A DNA stretch of 32,000 nt, taken from the NCBI RefSeq assembly GCF_000011125.1, contig NC_000854.2:1637697-1669696 (forward strand), given 5' to 3'. Of this stretch, positions 19,934 to 29,171 are shown in pieces. Every line of letters starts with the position of its first letter. The first letter of the stretch is position 1. The notes beneath the pieces were generated by a model. The model made no database searches. It saw only the letters and a program-made list of their open reading frames with translations, and was not told where the DNA came from. Origin of the DNA: Aeropyrum pernix K1. Lineage in GTDB: Archaea; Thermoproteota; Thermoprotei_A; Sulfolobales; Acidilobaceae. A program made the translations under genes and the position numbers.

Positions 19934-20356
19934 TTATATGGGTAGCTCGGGTATCATGGGTAGGTAGATTGCAACCCTGTCCCCCGGCTTCACGCCGATA
20001 TACTCTTTCAAGGCGTATGCTAGTCTGTTAACCTCCCTATAAAGGTCGCCGTAGCTGAGAACCCTCCTGTCCCCAGGCTCACCCTCCCAGTAGTATGCCA
20101 CCTTATTCTCAACACTAGTCCCTATCCACCTGTCAAGCGCGTTGAGGTTTATGTTAGTCTCTCCCCCCACAAACCACCGGTAGAACGGGGCTTTCCCCCT
20201 ATCCAAAACCTGATGCCACGGCTTAAGCCATACGAGCTCCCTGGCTCTCTCATCCCAGAAGCGCTCGATATCCTCTATACTCTTCCTGTAATAACCAAGA
20301 TACCTCTCAGCGTCAGGATAGTACCTCTCCTCGAAGGGAAGAGCCTCCTCAGACAA
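19934..20356 (-). CDS. acs: Acetyl-CoA synthetase, N-terminal part, ends at in-frame TAA
   Basis: MSEEALPFEERYYPDAERYLGYYRKSIEDIERFWDERAREL...VKPGDRVAIYLPMIPELPI*. Canonical ACS continues directly (LPI[10 protein letters not shown]). Confidence 0.9.
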   Translation of the reverse strand: MSEEALPFEERYYPDAERYLGYYRKSIEDIERFWDERARELVWLKPWHQVLDRGKAPFYRWFVGGETNINLNALDRWIGTSVENKVAYYWEGEPGDRRVLSYGDLYREVNRLAYALKEYIGVKPGDRVAIYLPMIPELPI

Positions 20357-20659
20357 GGCCTCACCCCCGAAGCAGCCGCTATAGGCTGCTAATCCACGAT
20401 AACATATATAATATCTGATAGACCACTTAAGTGGGATTAGGAATTAAGTCTATGTCCTGTTCTGAAGATTGCGGTAATGCCTGGGACCATTATGAGTAAG
20501 CGGAAAATCCTCTCAGAAACAAACACGGTATTTAAGCTTTTTCTACGCGACATTTATAGTATTAGAACAATTGTATAGTTTAAAAATTATAAATATGTGC
20601 TTGGATAGGTGATATCAAACTGTATATTACAATATATAGGCATGAGGGAGGGGTGCCTA

Positions 20660-21361
20660 ATGAAGCGTTCCCCTTCAACAGCATGTAGCACGTGCAACAC
20701 GAGGAGAGAGTTCCTGAAGAAGACGGCAAAAGCGGCAGTGGCAACGTCATCCCTCATACTGCTAGGATCCGTCACAATAAAGTCTCAGGCAGCCAGCGAG
20801 AGGGTAAGAGGCAGACGCTTTGCGATGTTTATCGACGTCGACAAGTGCTACGGCTGCTACGCGTGTGTCGTTGCCTGTGCCCACGAGAACAATGTGCCTA
20901 TAGGAGTATATAGGACTTGGATAGAAAGGTATGTGAAGGAGGACGGTACTCCCGTTTATGTCCCCAAACAGTGCAACCACTGTGATAACCCGTCCTGTGT
21001 TGATGTCTGTCCTGTAAAGGCAACCTACGTCAACGAGGACGGCATTGTCCTCGTGGATGACGACCTATGCATAGGCTGTGGAGCATGTATACAGAACTGC
21101 CCCTACGGAGCTAGGTTCTACAACCCCATCAAAGGAGTCGCGGACAAGTGTACCTTCTGCGTCCACAGAATATACTCCGACATGCTTCCCGCCTGTGTAG
21201 AGGCCTGTCCGACGGGTGCAAGGGTGTTCGGCGAGCTTGCCGACGAGGAAAGCGAGGTCTCGAAGCTCATAAGGAGCAACAATGTCCAGCAGCTCAAGCC
21301 ATGGACCGGCAACGACCCACAGATATTCTACAAGGACTTGCCCCAGGAGGCTAACACCTAG
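20660..21361 (+). CDS. Tat-targeted four-cluster 4Fe-4S electron-transfer subunit (TtrB/PsrB/DmsB-like)
   Basis: RREFLKKTAKAAVATSSLILLG Tat signal; CYGCYACVVAC, CNHCDNPSCVDVCPVKA, CIGCGACIQNCPYGA, CTFC...CVEACPTGA. ATG 20660 is preceded by a purine-rich GGGAGGGG. Confidence 0.9.
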   Translation: MKRSPSTACSTCNTRREFLKKTAKAAVATSSLILLGSVTIKSQAASERVRGRRFAMFIDVDKCYGCYACVVACAHENNVPIGVYRTWIERYVKEDGTPVYVPKQCNHCDNPSCVDVCPVKATYVNEDGIVLVDDDLCIGCGACIQNCPYGARFYNPIKGVADKCTFCVHRIYSDMLPACVEACPTGARVFGELADEESEVSKLIRSNNVQQLKPWTGNDPQIFYKDLPQEANT

Positions 21362-21377
21362 TAGGGGGTGATGGGTT

Positions 21378-22592
21378 ATGAGTGTGGGTGAAGTGTTCGG
21401 GGTTTTCCCCGAGTTCGGCAACATTCTGCCCAACGAGATGGCGTACGACTTCAAAGCAGGAGGGGCAATATGGGGGGTGCTCCTAGTAGTCTACCCCCTC
21501 ATGACAGGAATACTCGCTGGCAGCTACCTAGTGAGCGCGCTGGCCTACGGCTTCGGCGTAAAGCGGCTATACAGGGTCGCAGGGCTATCGCTAATAATAA
21601 GCGTGGGCCTTCTGCTATCAGCCCCCATATTCCCCATGGCAGACTTGAAGCAGCCCCAGAGGGCCTTCGAGATCTTCCTGAGACCCCACGTTATACCCTC
21701 TGACGCCTATCCGGGAGTATCGCCCATGGCGTTCTTCGGTATACTGTATATCCCTCTGCTCGTAGTGGCGCTGCTTAACCTCATCTTTGTGTACAGGGCC
21801 GACATGGCTGCTAAGGCAGAAGCGACAGGAAATATCATCTACAGGATAGTATCGCTTGGCAGGGGATATAGTAGAGAAGATGTGGAGAGGGACAGAAGGG
21901 TTGTAAAAATCCTCTCCATCATAGGAGTAATCCTCGCAATACTCTTCCACGGATACTTCGACATACTCCTGGCAAGCATTAAGTCGAGAATACTTTGGGT
22001 TGACCCCAGCCTGCCTATAAGGCTATTGGCCTCCGCAGTATTCTCGGGAGCGGCTCTTGTAACAGTAGCATACTACATAGCGGCAAGATTTTCGCCTGGA
22101 GAGAGCATCGATGCCGGAACCATGAAGACGCTGAGCCTAATAATGCTCTTTGGCCTCGCGGCAGCCCTGATTACGGAGATAACCTCAGAAATACTTAGAG
22201 TAGGGTATTACCTGCTCCCGGGGGAGGGTATAGAATACTACGAGTCTCTCAGGGGGTCCATGTTCATAGACAACGCATACTATATACTTGCGCTAATTCT
22301 ACTCGTGTCTCTGCTGATACCGAGGGTTAGAGAGAACATACACTCTGTAGCCGCTATAGCCGCCCTGGCGATTGTTGCGGAGATACTCAACAAGTGGCTA
22401 GTGGTGATAGTCCCCCAGCTGCTCTCGAGAACCGAGGCCGGCTTCTTAGAGTATGCTATAGAAGGCTGGGAGATCCGCCTACTCGTTGGTGGCCTCGCCT
22501 GGACGGTGTTCGTATTTACAATACTGCTTTGGATCTTCCCGTGGAACGGCGAGTTCGCTTCAAGATGGGATATCGTTGGGGAGGGGAGGTGA
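21378..22592 (+). CDS. NrfD/PsrC-family polytopic membrane subunit
   Basis: Multiple TM helices; AIWGVLLVVYPLMTGILAGSYLVSALAYGFG and FPMADLKQPQRAFEIFLRPHVIPSDAYPGVSPMAFFGI. Position between B and catalytic subunits. Confidence 0.9.
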   Translation: MSVGEVFGVFPEFGNILPNEMAYDFKAGGAIWGVLLVVYPLMTGILAGSYLVSALAYGFGVKRLYRVAGLSLIISVGLLLSAPIFPMADLKQPQRAFEIFLRPHVIPSDAYPGVSPMAFFGILYIPLLVVALLNLIFVYRADMAAKAEATGNIIYRIVSLGRGYSREDVERDRRVVKILSIIGVILAILFHGYFDILLASIKSRILWVDPSLPIRLLASAVFSGAALVTVAYYIAARFSPGESIDAGTMKTLSLIMLFGLAAALITEITSEILRVGYYLLPGEGIEYYESLRGSMFIDNAYYILALILLVSLLIPRVRENIHSVAAIAALAIVAEILNKWLVVIVPQLLSRTEAGFLEYAIEGWEIRLLVGGLAWTVFVFTILLWIFPWNGEFASRWDIVGEGR

Positions 22593-22598
22593 TGGAAT

Positions 22599-25500
22599 AT
22601 GGTTAGTCGGCGTGATTTCGTTAAGGGCTCAATCGCCATAGCCTCCCTCCTTGTAGCGGGAGCAGGACTGCAGCCGGTGCTATCACAGCTAGTGCGCCCG
22701 AAGTTCGAGAGAATAGCTCCAGACCTTCAGATGGGAGCTAACGTGAGGTACGTCTACTCGTCATGCCTGGGCTGCAACGTGAGGTGTGGGATAAAGGCTA
22801 GAGTTGTGAAGGTAGGAGATCTCGAGATTGTGGAGAGGATAGAGGGGAACCCGTACCACCCATACAACAGGGCTGTGTCGCTCAACGGCAATGGTAAGCT
22901 CGGTAGCCAGCACCTCCGGTTCTACCATCTACCCTACAATACCCCAGTCAAGGAGGCGCTAACCAAGTGGCACGGCACCCTCTGCCCCAGAGGGCAGGAT
23001 GGAATATACTACCTATACGACCCGTACAGAGTTCTGGTGCCACTCAAGAGGGCTGGTCCTAGGGGGAGTGGAAAGTGGAAGCCGATCTCCTGGGAGCAGC
23101 TGATAAGGGAGGTTGTCGAGGGCGGTGTGATAGAGGAGACGGGCGAGAGGCTGCCAGGCCTGAGGGACTTCTTCGTATACGGAAAGCTGAGGGAAGCCGG
23201 GTTTGAAGACCCCAACGCCATACTGTCTGATATGAAGAAGGACGTGCAGGAGATTCTCGAGTATGCGAAGAAGCCCGAGACTAGCTACGAGGATATAGTA
23301 ATGAAGATAGAGGAGTTTAAAGAGAAGTGGTCTAAAATATTGGGTGAGAAGGGCCTCAAGCTAGACGATATACTTATTGACCCTGACAGGCCGGACCTCG
23401 GGACTAAGGCTAACATGGTCGCTTACCTCAGGGGCAGGGGCCAGGGACACACCGACTACATGAGCGCCCGCTGGATAGCCGGTTTCGGTAGTGTTAACTG
23501 GCTGAGGCACACTAGCGCATGCCAGCTTGGATATTACGCTGCAAACTACCTCTGGGCGGGCTACCATGACATACAGCCAGATCCTGTTAGCAGCAAGGTA
23601 ATCATAATGGCCGGGGCTAGCATGGGCAGACTCCACCCGGGCACCACGGGCCAGGGCCTCCTGATATCCAGGGCTGGAGAGGGTGATCTCAAGATTTACT
23701 ATGTAAACCCCACTGCTCCGAGAACCGATGCTGGCGGTAACATAGTTTGGATTCCGATAAAGCCCGGCTACGACGCAGCTCTGGCATTCGCCCTTATCAG
23801 GTGGATAATTGAGAATGAGAGGTACAACAAGGAGTTCCTCGAGATACCCAACGAGGAGGCGGCTGAACGGAAGGGCTATCCTGTGCATAGCAACGCTACC
23901 TGGCTAGTCATAATGGAGGAGGGCCACGAGAAGTGGGGCGAGTATCTGAAGGCTAAAGACGTGGGGCTGGAAGACAGCGACAAGCCAGTCGTATTCACGG
24001 GAGAAGGCCTTGCAACTTACGACAGCGTTGATAATGCCGAGATAGACTGGGAGGGAGAGGTAGTTCTCACAACTGGCGAGAGAGTCAAGGTGAAAACATC
24101 ATTCCGGATCCTAAAGGACGAGGCCCTCTCCCGAAGCATAGACCAGTGGCTATCCGTAGCCAGCCCCTACGAGCCCGGCTCCAGCGAGTTCAGGGAATGG
24201 AAGGAGAAGGTCCTGGAGATGGCGAGGGACTTCGCCGAAGCGGCCCCAATGGCAGGCACATACGTCCACCGCGGTGTGGGGATGCACTCCAACGGTGAAT
24301 ACGCTGTCTGGGCATACAGGGCTCTCGACACCCTAGTAGGGAACTATCACAGGAAGGGAGGCCTCCTGGCCAGGGCAGGCCATACCAAATATAACAGCTA
24401 CGTCTACCATGTCGATAAGAAGGGCTTTGGAGAGCCTGTGAAGTGGGGGCCGCCGATAGACAGGCATAAAGCAAAGTATGAGGACACCTTAGAGTACTGG
24501 CTCAAGGTGAAGAAGGGGGAGAACCCGTACCCCGCTAAGAGGCCATGGTACCCGCACACTCCAGAAGAGAGCTACACCGAGATATTTGCAGGCATAGCGG
24601 AAGAGTATCCATACAAGATGGGCGCCTTGATACTATTCTACGCTAACCCAGTGCTCTCCGCCAACTATGGAGTGAAGTTCATAGAGGTGTTGAAGGATAC
24701 CAAAAAGCTACCCCTGTTCATAGCAATAACCACAACCATAAACGAGACCATGCTCTACGCCGACTATATCGTCCCCGATACAACTTACCTCGAAACAGGC
24801 ACGCTAGGGATGCAATACCTATACGCGAGCAGCGGTGGAGTGCTTCTAGCTGAGGCTGCGAGAAGCCCTGTCGTCATGCCGCTCACACAGAAGATAGGCG
24901 AGCCGGAGAGGTATGCTAGCTTCTGGGAGTTCTTCATAGACACTGGCAAGGCCCTCGGTATGCCGGGCTTCGGCAAGGGAGCGATAAAGGGTCTAAAGTA
25001 CCACGAGGGGAAGAGCTACGACCTCGACAGCCTGTGGGACTACATAATGAGGGTGTACGCCAACGCCGCCATGCACGCTAAGGACATGGGAATCATACCG
25101 GAAAACGTCCCGGAGGAGGAGGTCAAATTCGTGGAGGAGAACTACCCGGTGGCCAAGTTCAAGCACCTAATTCCCGACGAGTGGCCGTACGTAGCATACA
25201 TGCTCGCAAGGGGAGGAGTCTTCACCAGCTACGAAGAGTCATTCCATCCCAACGGAGTGTCTAAGAGGAAAGTGCCAAGCAAGAGGAAGAAGTTCAAGAA
25301 GACGCTAATGCTATGGAACGAGGACCTCGCCAAGACTAGGAACAGCGTCACTGGAGCCAAGTTCTGGGGAGGACCCAAGTACATACCGCCATCAACCTAC
25401 GCACCAGTCAAGGGCGGCTCAAAGAGCTTCTACGGAACACCCCTCAGGGAGATCTACCCGGAGAGCGAGTATCCATTCCACCTGGTATTCACCACAGGCC

Positions 25501-26096
25501 CGCTGTTCACGAAGCACAGGAGCCAGTTCTACTACGCTATAAAGCAGATATCCCCCGAGAACTACCTTGTCGTCAACCCGAAGGATGCTGAGAAGCTTGG
25601 CCTAGAGACAGGAGACGTTGTAGAGGTTGAAACACCAACTGGCAGGTTCAAGGCACCCGTCGTTGTGGAGCCCACCGTCCCACCCGGCGTCATAATGGTT
25701 CCATACGGCATGGGGAGGTGGGCAGACACAGTTGTAAAGAAGCCAAGCTACTTCGAGGTCAAGGACAGCAGGCTAGCGAGCCTCATAAACGAGCTGCCGG
25801 AGAGGGAGGAAATACCCGAGGAAGCTGTCAACCCGGTGAAGAAGCTCCCCGAGCTCAAGAAGAAGGTGCTCTTCACAAAGAGCACCCCAGCATACTATAA
25901 CCAGGCAGAGCCAGACAAGTGGAGGTTCAACGGAATAACCCCCAACGTGGCGGAGATGAGCGACCCAAGCCTCGGAGGATGGCCGCTTCTAAGCATAATA
26001 GGGGCAGCCCAGGCATACTACTTCAACGTAGCCAGGATACGGAAGACGGGGGAGAAGCACGAGTTCGAAAAGACCTATCCATACATAGTATGGTAG
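22599..26096 (+). CDS. Tat-exported molybdopterin oxidoreductase catalytic subunit (TtrA/ArrA-like clade)
   Basis: SRRDFVKGSIAIASLLVAGAG Tat signal; SSCLGCNVRCGIKARV...LCPRGQDG 4Fe-4S motif; IIMAGASMGRLHPGTTG; C-terminal VVNPKDAEKLGLETGDVVEVETPTG. 1165 aa. Confidence 0.9.
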   Translation: MVSRRDFVKGSIAIASLLVAGAGLQPVLSQLVRPKFERIAPDLQMGANVRYVYSSCLGCNVRCGIKARVVKVGDLEIVERIEGNPYHPYNRAVSLNGNGKLGSQHLRFYHLPYNTPVKEALTKWHGTLCPRGQDGIYYLYDPYRVLVPLKRAGPRGSGKWKPISWEQLIREVVEGGVIEETGERLPGLRDFFVYGKLREAGFEDPNAILSDMKKDVQEILEYAKKPETSYEDIVMKIEEFKEKWSKILGEKGLKLDDILIDPDRPDLGTKANMVAYLRGRGQGHTDYMSARWIAGFGSVNWLRHTSACQLGYYAANYLWAGYHDIQPDPVSSKVIIMAGASMGRLHPGTTGQGLLISRAGEGDLKIYYVNPTAPRTDAGGNIVWIPIKPGYDAALAFALIRWIIENERYNKEFLEIPNEEAAERKGYPVHSNATWLVIMEEGHEKWGEYLKAKDVGLEDSDKPVVFTGEGLATYDSVDNAEIDWEGEVVLTTGERVKVKTSFRILKDEALSRSIDQWLSVASPYEPGSSEFREWKEKVLEMARDFAEAAPMAGTYVHRGVGMHSNGEYAVWAYRALDTLVGNYHRKGGLLARAGHTKYNSYVYHVDKKGFGEPVKWGPPIDRHKAKYEDTLEYWLKVKKGENPYPAKRPWYPHTPEESYTEIFAGIAEEYPYKMGALILFYANPVLSANYGVKFIEVLKDTKKLPLFIAITTTINETMLYADYIVPDTTYLETGTLGMQYLYASSGGVLLAEAARSPVVMPLTQKIGEPERYASFWEFFIDTGKALGMPGFGKGAIKGLKYHEGKSYDLDSLWDYIMRVYANAAMHAKDMGIIPENVPEEEVKFVEENYPVAKFKHLIPDEWPYVAYMLARGGVFTSYEESFHPNGVSKRKVPSKRKKFKKTLMLWNEDLAKTRNSVTGAKFWGGPKYIPPSTYAPVKGGSKSFYGTPLREIYPESEYPFHLVFTTGPLFTKHRSQFYYAIKQISPENYLVVNPKDAEKLGLETGDVVEVETPTGRFKAPVVVEPTVPPGVIMVPYGMGRWADTVVKKPSYFEVKDSRLASLINELPEREEIPEEAVNPVKKLPELKKKVLFTKSTPAYYNQAEPDKWRFNGITPNVAEMSDPSLGGWPLLSIIGAAQAYYFNVARIRKTGEKHEFEKTYPYIVW

Positions 26097-26110
26097 GGAG
26101 GATCATAGCC

Positions 26111-26695
26111 TTGGAGAAGCACATCCACAACCTAAACCCCACTTTTTTCCTAGGCGTCTCCAACATATTCGGCCTCGCCTCAGCACTACTTCTCTCCAAG
26201 GCAACCGGAGACGATATAGATGATGGTCTGGACGACATTCCCCCCGCGGCCGAAAAGCTTGTAGCTGAGCTCAAGGAAGCCGTCAAGAGCTTGAGCAGGG
26301 AGGATGCAGCGAGGCTCACATCCACCGACTGCCGCCAGGACCTCACAAAGGCTGCTAAGCTTGTCTGGAGGAAGACTGTAGAGGCTTTCTACGAGAACCA
26401 CGGCTACTCGGCTGGAGGGCCCTTGCCGCCGGACCACCTGGCCGTCCAGCTCGCCTTCGCCTCGAGCATCCTTCGCGAGGCGGCGATGGCTCTTGCGAGG
26501 GATGATAGGGAGGAGGTGGTAAGATACCTCAAACTGTTTAGCCGTTTCGCCTCGGCCCACCTGATACCGACGGCGAGGGGCTGTACGAACGGGTTCACAG
26601 CCCTTATAACAGAGCTTACAGAGTACACCAACGAGTTAGTCAGGCCACTCCTGGTGGAGGAGATAAGCAGGCTGAGGGAGGCTGAGGAGGCCTAG
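26111..26695 (+). CDS. TorD/DmsD-like molybdoenzyme maturation chaperone
   Basis: All-helical ~195 aa protein immediately downstream of the catalytic subunit; ...FYENHGYSAGGPLPPDHLAVQLAFASSILREAAMAL... Likely TTG start 26111 after GGGAGGA; the track start 25919 overlaps the previous gene. Confidence 0.8.
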   Translation: MEKHIHNLNPTFFLGVSNIFGLASALLLSKATGDDIDDGLDDIPPAAEKLVAELKEAVKSLSREDAARLTSTDCRQDLTKAAKLVWRKTVEAFYENHGYSAGGPLPPDHLAVQLAFASSILREAAMALARDDREEVVRYLKLFSRFASAHLIPTARGCTNGFTALITELTEYTNELVRPLLVEEISRLREAEEA

Positions 26696-26711
26696 CGAGC
26701 CCCTACTATTT

Positions 26712-27893
26712 TTATCCCCCTTGTTTTTTGGCTAGCCCCAACATTGCAACCGCTCCTCCTCCACCCGCTAACAACGCCACGGCAGCACCCGCCCACACGG
26801 GCAGGCTTGCCATAGCAATGTTCCCAACACTCCACCCCAGCCCCATGGCGAAGTAGACCACGCCAAACCCCAGCCCCCTCAGGCGGGGTTCCAGAGAGTC
26901 TGCCACTACAGACCGGAAAACACTCTGAAACCCTCCCATGGCCACGCCCCAGAGTATGGCTGCCAGGGCTAGTGGGGCGCCCAGTAGCACTGCCAGGCTT
27001 GACGCCGCCGCCACAATGGGGACGAGGGCGACTACACCGCGTGTGACCTTATCGTAGGCGACTCCCAGGGCGAGAGCGGCCAGGGCGTCGACAAGCATAG
27101 CGACAGCGTAGGCTCCAGCTATTAAAGAGGCGTCAACACCCTGAACGCTGTATCTGAAAGAGGCGTGGATCCAGTGTATGAACCCCGCCATAGAGAGCCC
27201 AGCAGCAGCAGCCAACGGCGCCACCCTCCCAAACGGCGGATAGCCTCCTGGCGGCTTCTCGGCAGACTTTAGACGGGGGTAGAGTATGTAAGCGAGGGTG
27301 AGTAAGAGAAGGGAGACGAGGGCCGGAACCCCTAGAAGCGCGAAGACGCCACTATAACCAAAACCGCTGGAGAGAGCCGCCATGACCAGCAGGGGCCCCG
27401 CAATAGCCCCCACCTGGTCCATGGCCTCGTGAACCGCATACACCACCCCACGGCCCAGGCCGCCCGAAACCTCGGCTAGAATAGCATCTCTAGCAGGAGC
27501 CCTCACGCCCTTACCAGCCCTCTCAAGCAGGACAAGTAGGAAAGCCTCCTCCCACCTCCCCGCAAAAGCGAGGAGGGGGACAGCAACAAGGTTAACAGTA
27601 TAGCCTAGAAACACAAGCCCCCAATAGGCACCGCTAGACCCGACCCTATAGGCGAACAAGCCCCCGAAGAGCCGCGCAACATAAGCAACAAGATCACCCA
27701 CAGAAACAGCCGCAGCAACAACAAGCCCCGCCTCAAGAAACTCCAGATAAGGCCCAACTATACCCCGAGCACCCTCGTAAGTCAAATCGGCGAACAGCGA
27801 AACCAAGCCAAGCAGAACAAAAACCACAACCCCCCTAGACACCACAACTACACCCCGGGAAAACCATAACACACCCACAGGCAACAAAACCAA
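26712..27893 (-). CDS. MFS transporter
   Basis: 12-TM-like hydrophobic protein; SLFADLTYEGARGIVGPYL, RLGKGVRAPARDAILAEV-type motif (RAGKGVRAPARDAILAEVSG), PLLVMAAL. Confidence 0.85.
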   Translation of the reverse strand: MVLLPVGVLWFSRGVVVVSRGVVVFVLLGLVSLFADLTYEGARGIVGPYLEFLEAGLVVAAAVSVGDLVAYVARLFGGLFAYRVGSSGAYWGLVFLGYTVNLVAVPLLAFAGRWEEAFLLVLLERAGKGVRAPARDAILAEVSGGLGRGVVYAVHEAMDQVGAIAGPLLVMAALSSGFGYSGVFALLGVPALVSLLLLTLAYILYPRLKSAEKPPGGYPPFGRVAPLAAAAGLSMAGFIHWIHASFRYSVQGVDASLIAGAYAVAMLVDALAALALGVAYDKVTRGVVALVPIVAAASSLAVLLGAPLALAAILWGVAMGGFQSVFRSVVADSLEPRLRGLGFGVVYFAMGLGWSVGNIAMASLPVWAGAAVALLAGGGGAVAMLGLAKKQGG

Positions 27894-27899
27894 TAAGGA

Positions 27900-27978
27900 G
27901 GGCCCGTAGCTCAGCCAGGACCAGAGCGCCGGCCTTCGGAGCCGGCGGTCCCGGGTTCAAATCCCGGCGGGCCCGCCA
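27900..27978 (+). tRNA. tRNA-Arg (anticodon TCG), CCA encoded
   Basis: Cloverleaf: acceptor GGGCCCG/CGGGCCC, D arm GCTC-AGCCAGGACCA-GAGC, anticodon arm CCGGC-CTTCGGA-GCCGG, T arm CCGGG-TTCAAAT-CCCGG, discriminator G, CCA. Confidence 0.97.
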
Positions 27979-27996
27979 CAACACACTCTAATCAAT

Positions 27997-28134
27997 CATA
28001 AACCTACGCTTAGAATATATCGGTAACCGAGACCTAAGAAGGGTGCCGGGACTATTGCATGGTAGATTATCAGAAAGAATTCTATACATTAATCTGGAAG
28101 GTTAGGGTACAACTTTTAGCTATGGTACCCTCTT
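27997..28134 (+). repeat. Cassette left-flank repeat, copy 1
   Basis: CATAAACCTACGCTTAGAATATATCGGTAACCGAGACCTAA...GGTAGATTATCAG...CTGGAAGGTTAGGGTACAACTTTTAGC, roughly 75% identical by eye to 30101-30234. Confidence 0.8.
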
Positions 28135-28296
28135 GAGGTCCTCGTCAAACGTTGCTAGCACCCTGATATTATAACGCTTGCATGTTATTGTTATCTATGC
28201 GTCACTGGGTGCAAGCCTGTATTGTCTGATCGCCTCTACTAGCTCTTTAGGATCCTGGTGATTTTTTATTATTACTTTGGCCGGGCTACGGGTCTG
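28102..28296 (-). pseudogene. Decayed C-terminal part of a PIN (VapC) toxin
   Basis: Reverse strand reads ...KVIIKNHQDPKELVEAIRQYRLAPSDA*ITITCKRYNIRVLATFDEDLKRVP*LKVVP*, with two in-frame TAGs. It matches cassette 3 (KYGLLSNDSLIAATCKHYSINTIATR... RIPWLKVIP*). Confidence 0.75.
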
Positions 28297-28749
28297 CTAT
28301 AATTTTGTGTAATCTTGGTTGTCGAGTAAGTAGTATGCTTTAACTCCAATTTTCTGAGCATTATCCTTCATGACTTTATCATTAGTTATCAGGATTCCAT
28401 CTACATGCTTAGCTGTTGCGATAAAGTATGCGTCAACCGCCCTACAACCGGTGATGAGTGCTATCTCAGCGGCTTTGTCGTGTAGTTCTTCTTCTCTTAC
28501 TACATTTACATGCTTCAATGTCGTGTCTACTATCCGAAGGGCTTGCTCTGGAGGGATTCTACGTACAAGGACTGCTCGGAGCTCTATTTCAAAGAGGAAA
28601 GGCTCATAAACTATTACATCCCGGAGAGATAGCTTATCGAGAACTGTTCTAGACCTCTCATGCCTCTCCGGGTCTCCAGGATATAGCAGGTAGTAGTCGG
28701 CAAAAACGCTAGTATCAATCACAACAACGTCTATAACTTGATCTGGCAA
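28297..28749 (-). CDS. vapC: PIN-domain toxin VapC
   Basis: VVVIDTSVFADYYLL, YEPFLFEIELRAVL, CRAVDAYFIATAKHVDGILITNDKVM. Confidence 0.9.
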   Translation of the reverse strand: MPDQVIDVVVIDTSVFADYYLLYPGDPERHERSRTVLDKLSLRDVIVYEPFLFEIELRAVLVRRIPPEQALRIVDTTLKHVNVVREEELHDKAAEIALITGCRAVDAYFIATAKHVDGILITNDKVMKDNAQKIGVKAYYLLDNQDYTKL

Positions 28750-28944
28750 TTACCTCCTCTCCTCCACGAACTCCTTAACAGTATCTCGATCAGCCTTGAA
28801 CATGTATTTTCCGGCTTCGTCTTTGAAACCCCTGAAACTCTTTCGGACAACCACTACTTCCAGCTCTTCCCCCTCTCTGAGCACGACCTCTCCAATGGGC
28901 TTCAGGACTCCTTTTTCATACCTGACTCGGATAACCTTTGACAA
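28750..28944 (-). CDS. DUF104/AF2212-like antitoxin
   Basis: MSKVIRVRYEKGVLKPIGEVVLREGEELEVVVV, directly upstream of the PIN gene. Confidence 0.9.
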   Translation of the reverse strand: MSKVIRVRYEKGVLKPIGEVVLREGEELEVVVVRKSFRGFKDEAGKYMFKADRDTVKEFVEERR

Positions 28945-28977
28945 GCCTAGTCCCCATTGTAGCTAGTGTAGTTAGGA

Positions 28978-29097
28978 CTCTAAGCCTTTAACCCTAAGCA
29001 TGTTGCATTATTATCAGCCTCGAGGATGCAGGCTGAGTATCAAGATGGAGTGCATGTTGCATCTTATCATGAAATAAATGCAACACAGGTATTTATA
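28978..29097 (+). repeat. Cassette right-flank repeat, copy 1 (promoter side of TA operon)
   Basis: CTCTAAGCCTTTAACCCTAAGCATGTTGCAT...GATGGAGTGCATGTTGCAT...AAATGCAACACAGGTATTTATAG, homologous to 30878-31000. Confidence 0.8.
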
Positions 29098-29150
29098 GAG
29101 CGGGTCTCCGGAGCCGGAGGTCCCGGGTTCAAATCCCGGCGGGCCCGCCA
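29098..29150 (+). repeat. tRNA-Arg 3'-end remnant 1
   Basis: 29109-29150 matches 27937-27978 at 41/42 nt, including the T arm, acceptor 3' strand and CCA. No 5' half. Confidence 0.95.
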
Positions 29151-29171
29151 CTTATATAACTTTTACATGCT

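Noticed and set aside
23361-23888. 175-aa minus-strand ORF within the molybdoenzyme catalytic gene
   Set aside because: Shadow ORF inside a long, well-supported CDS.
28370-28941. Plus-strand ORFs 28370-28609, 28458-28652 and 28738-28941
   Set aside because: Antisense to clear PIN and DUF104 genes; composition typical of reverse complements.
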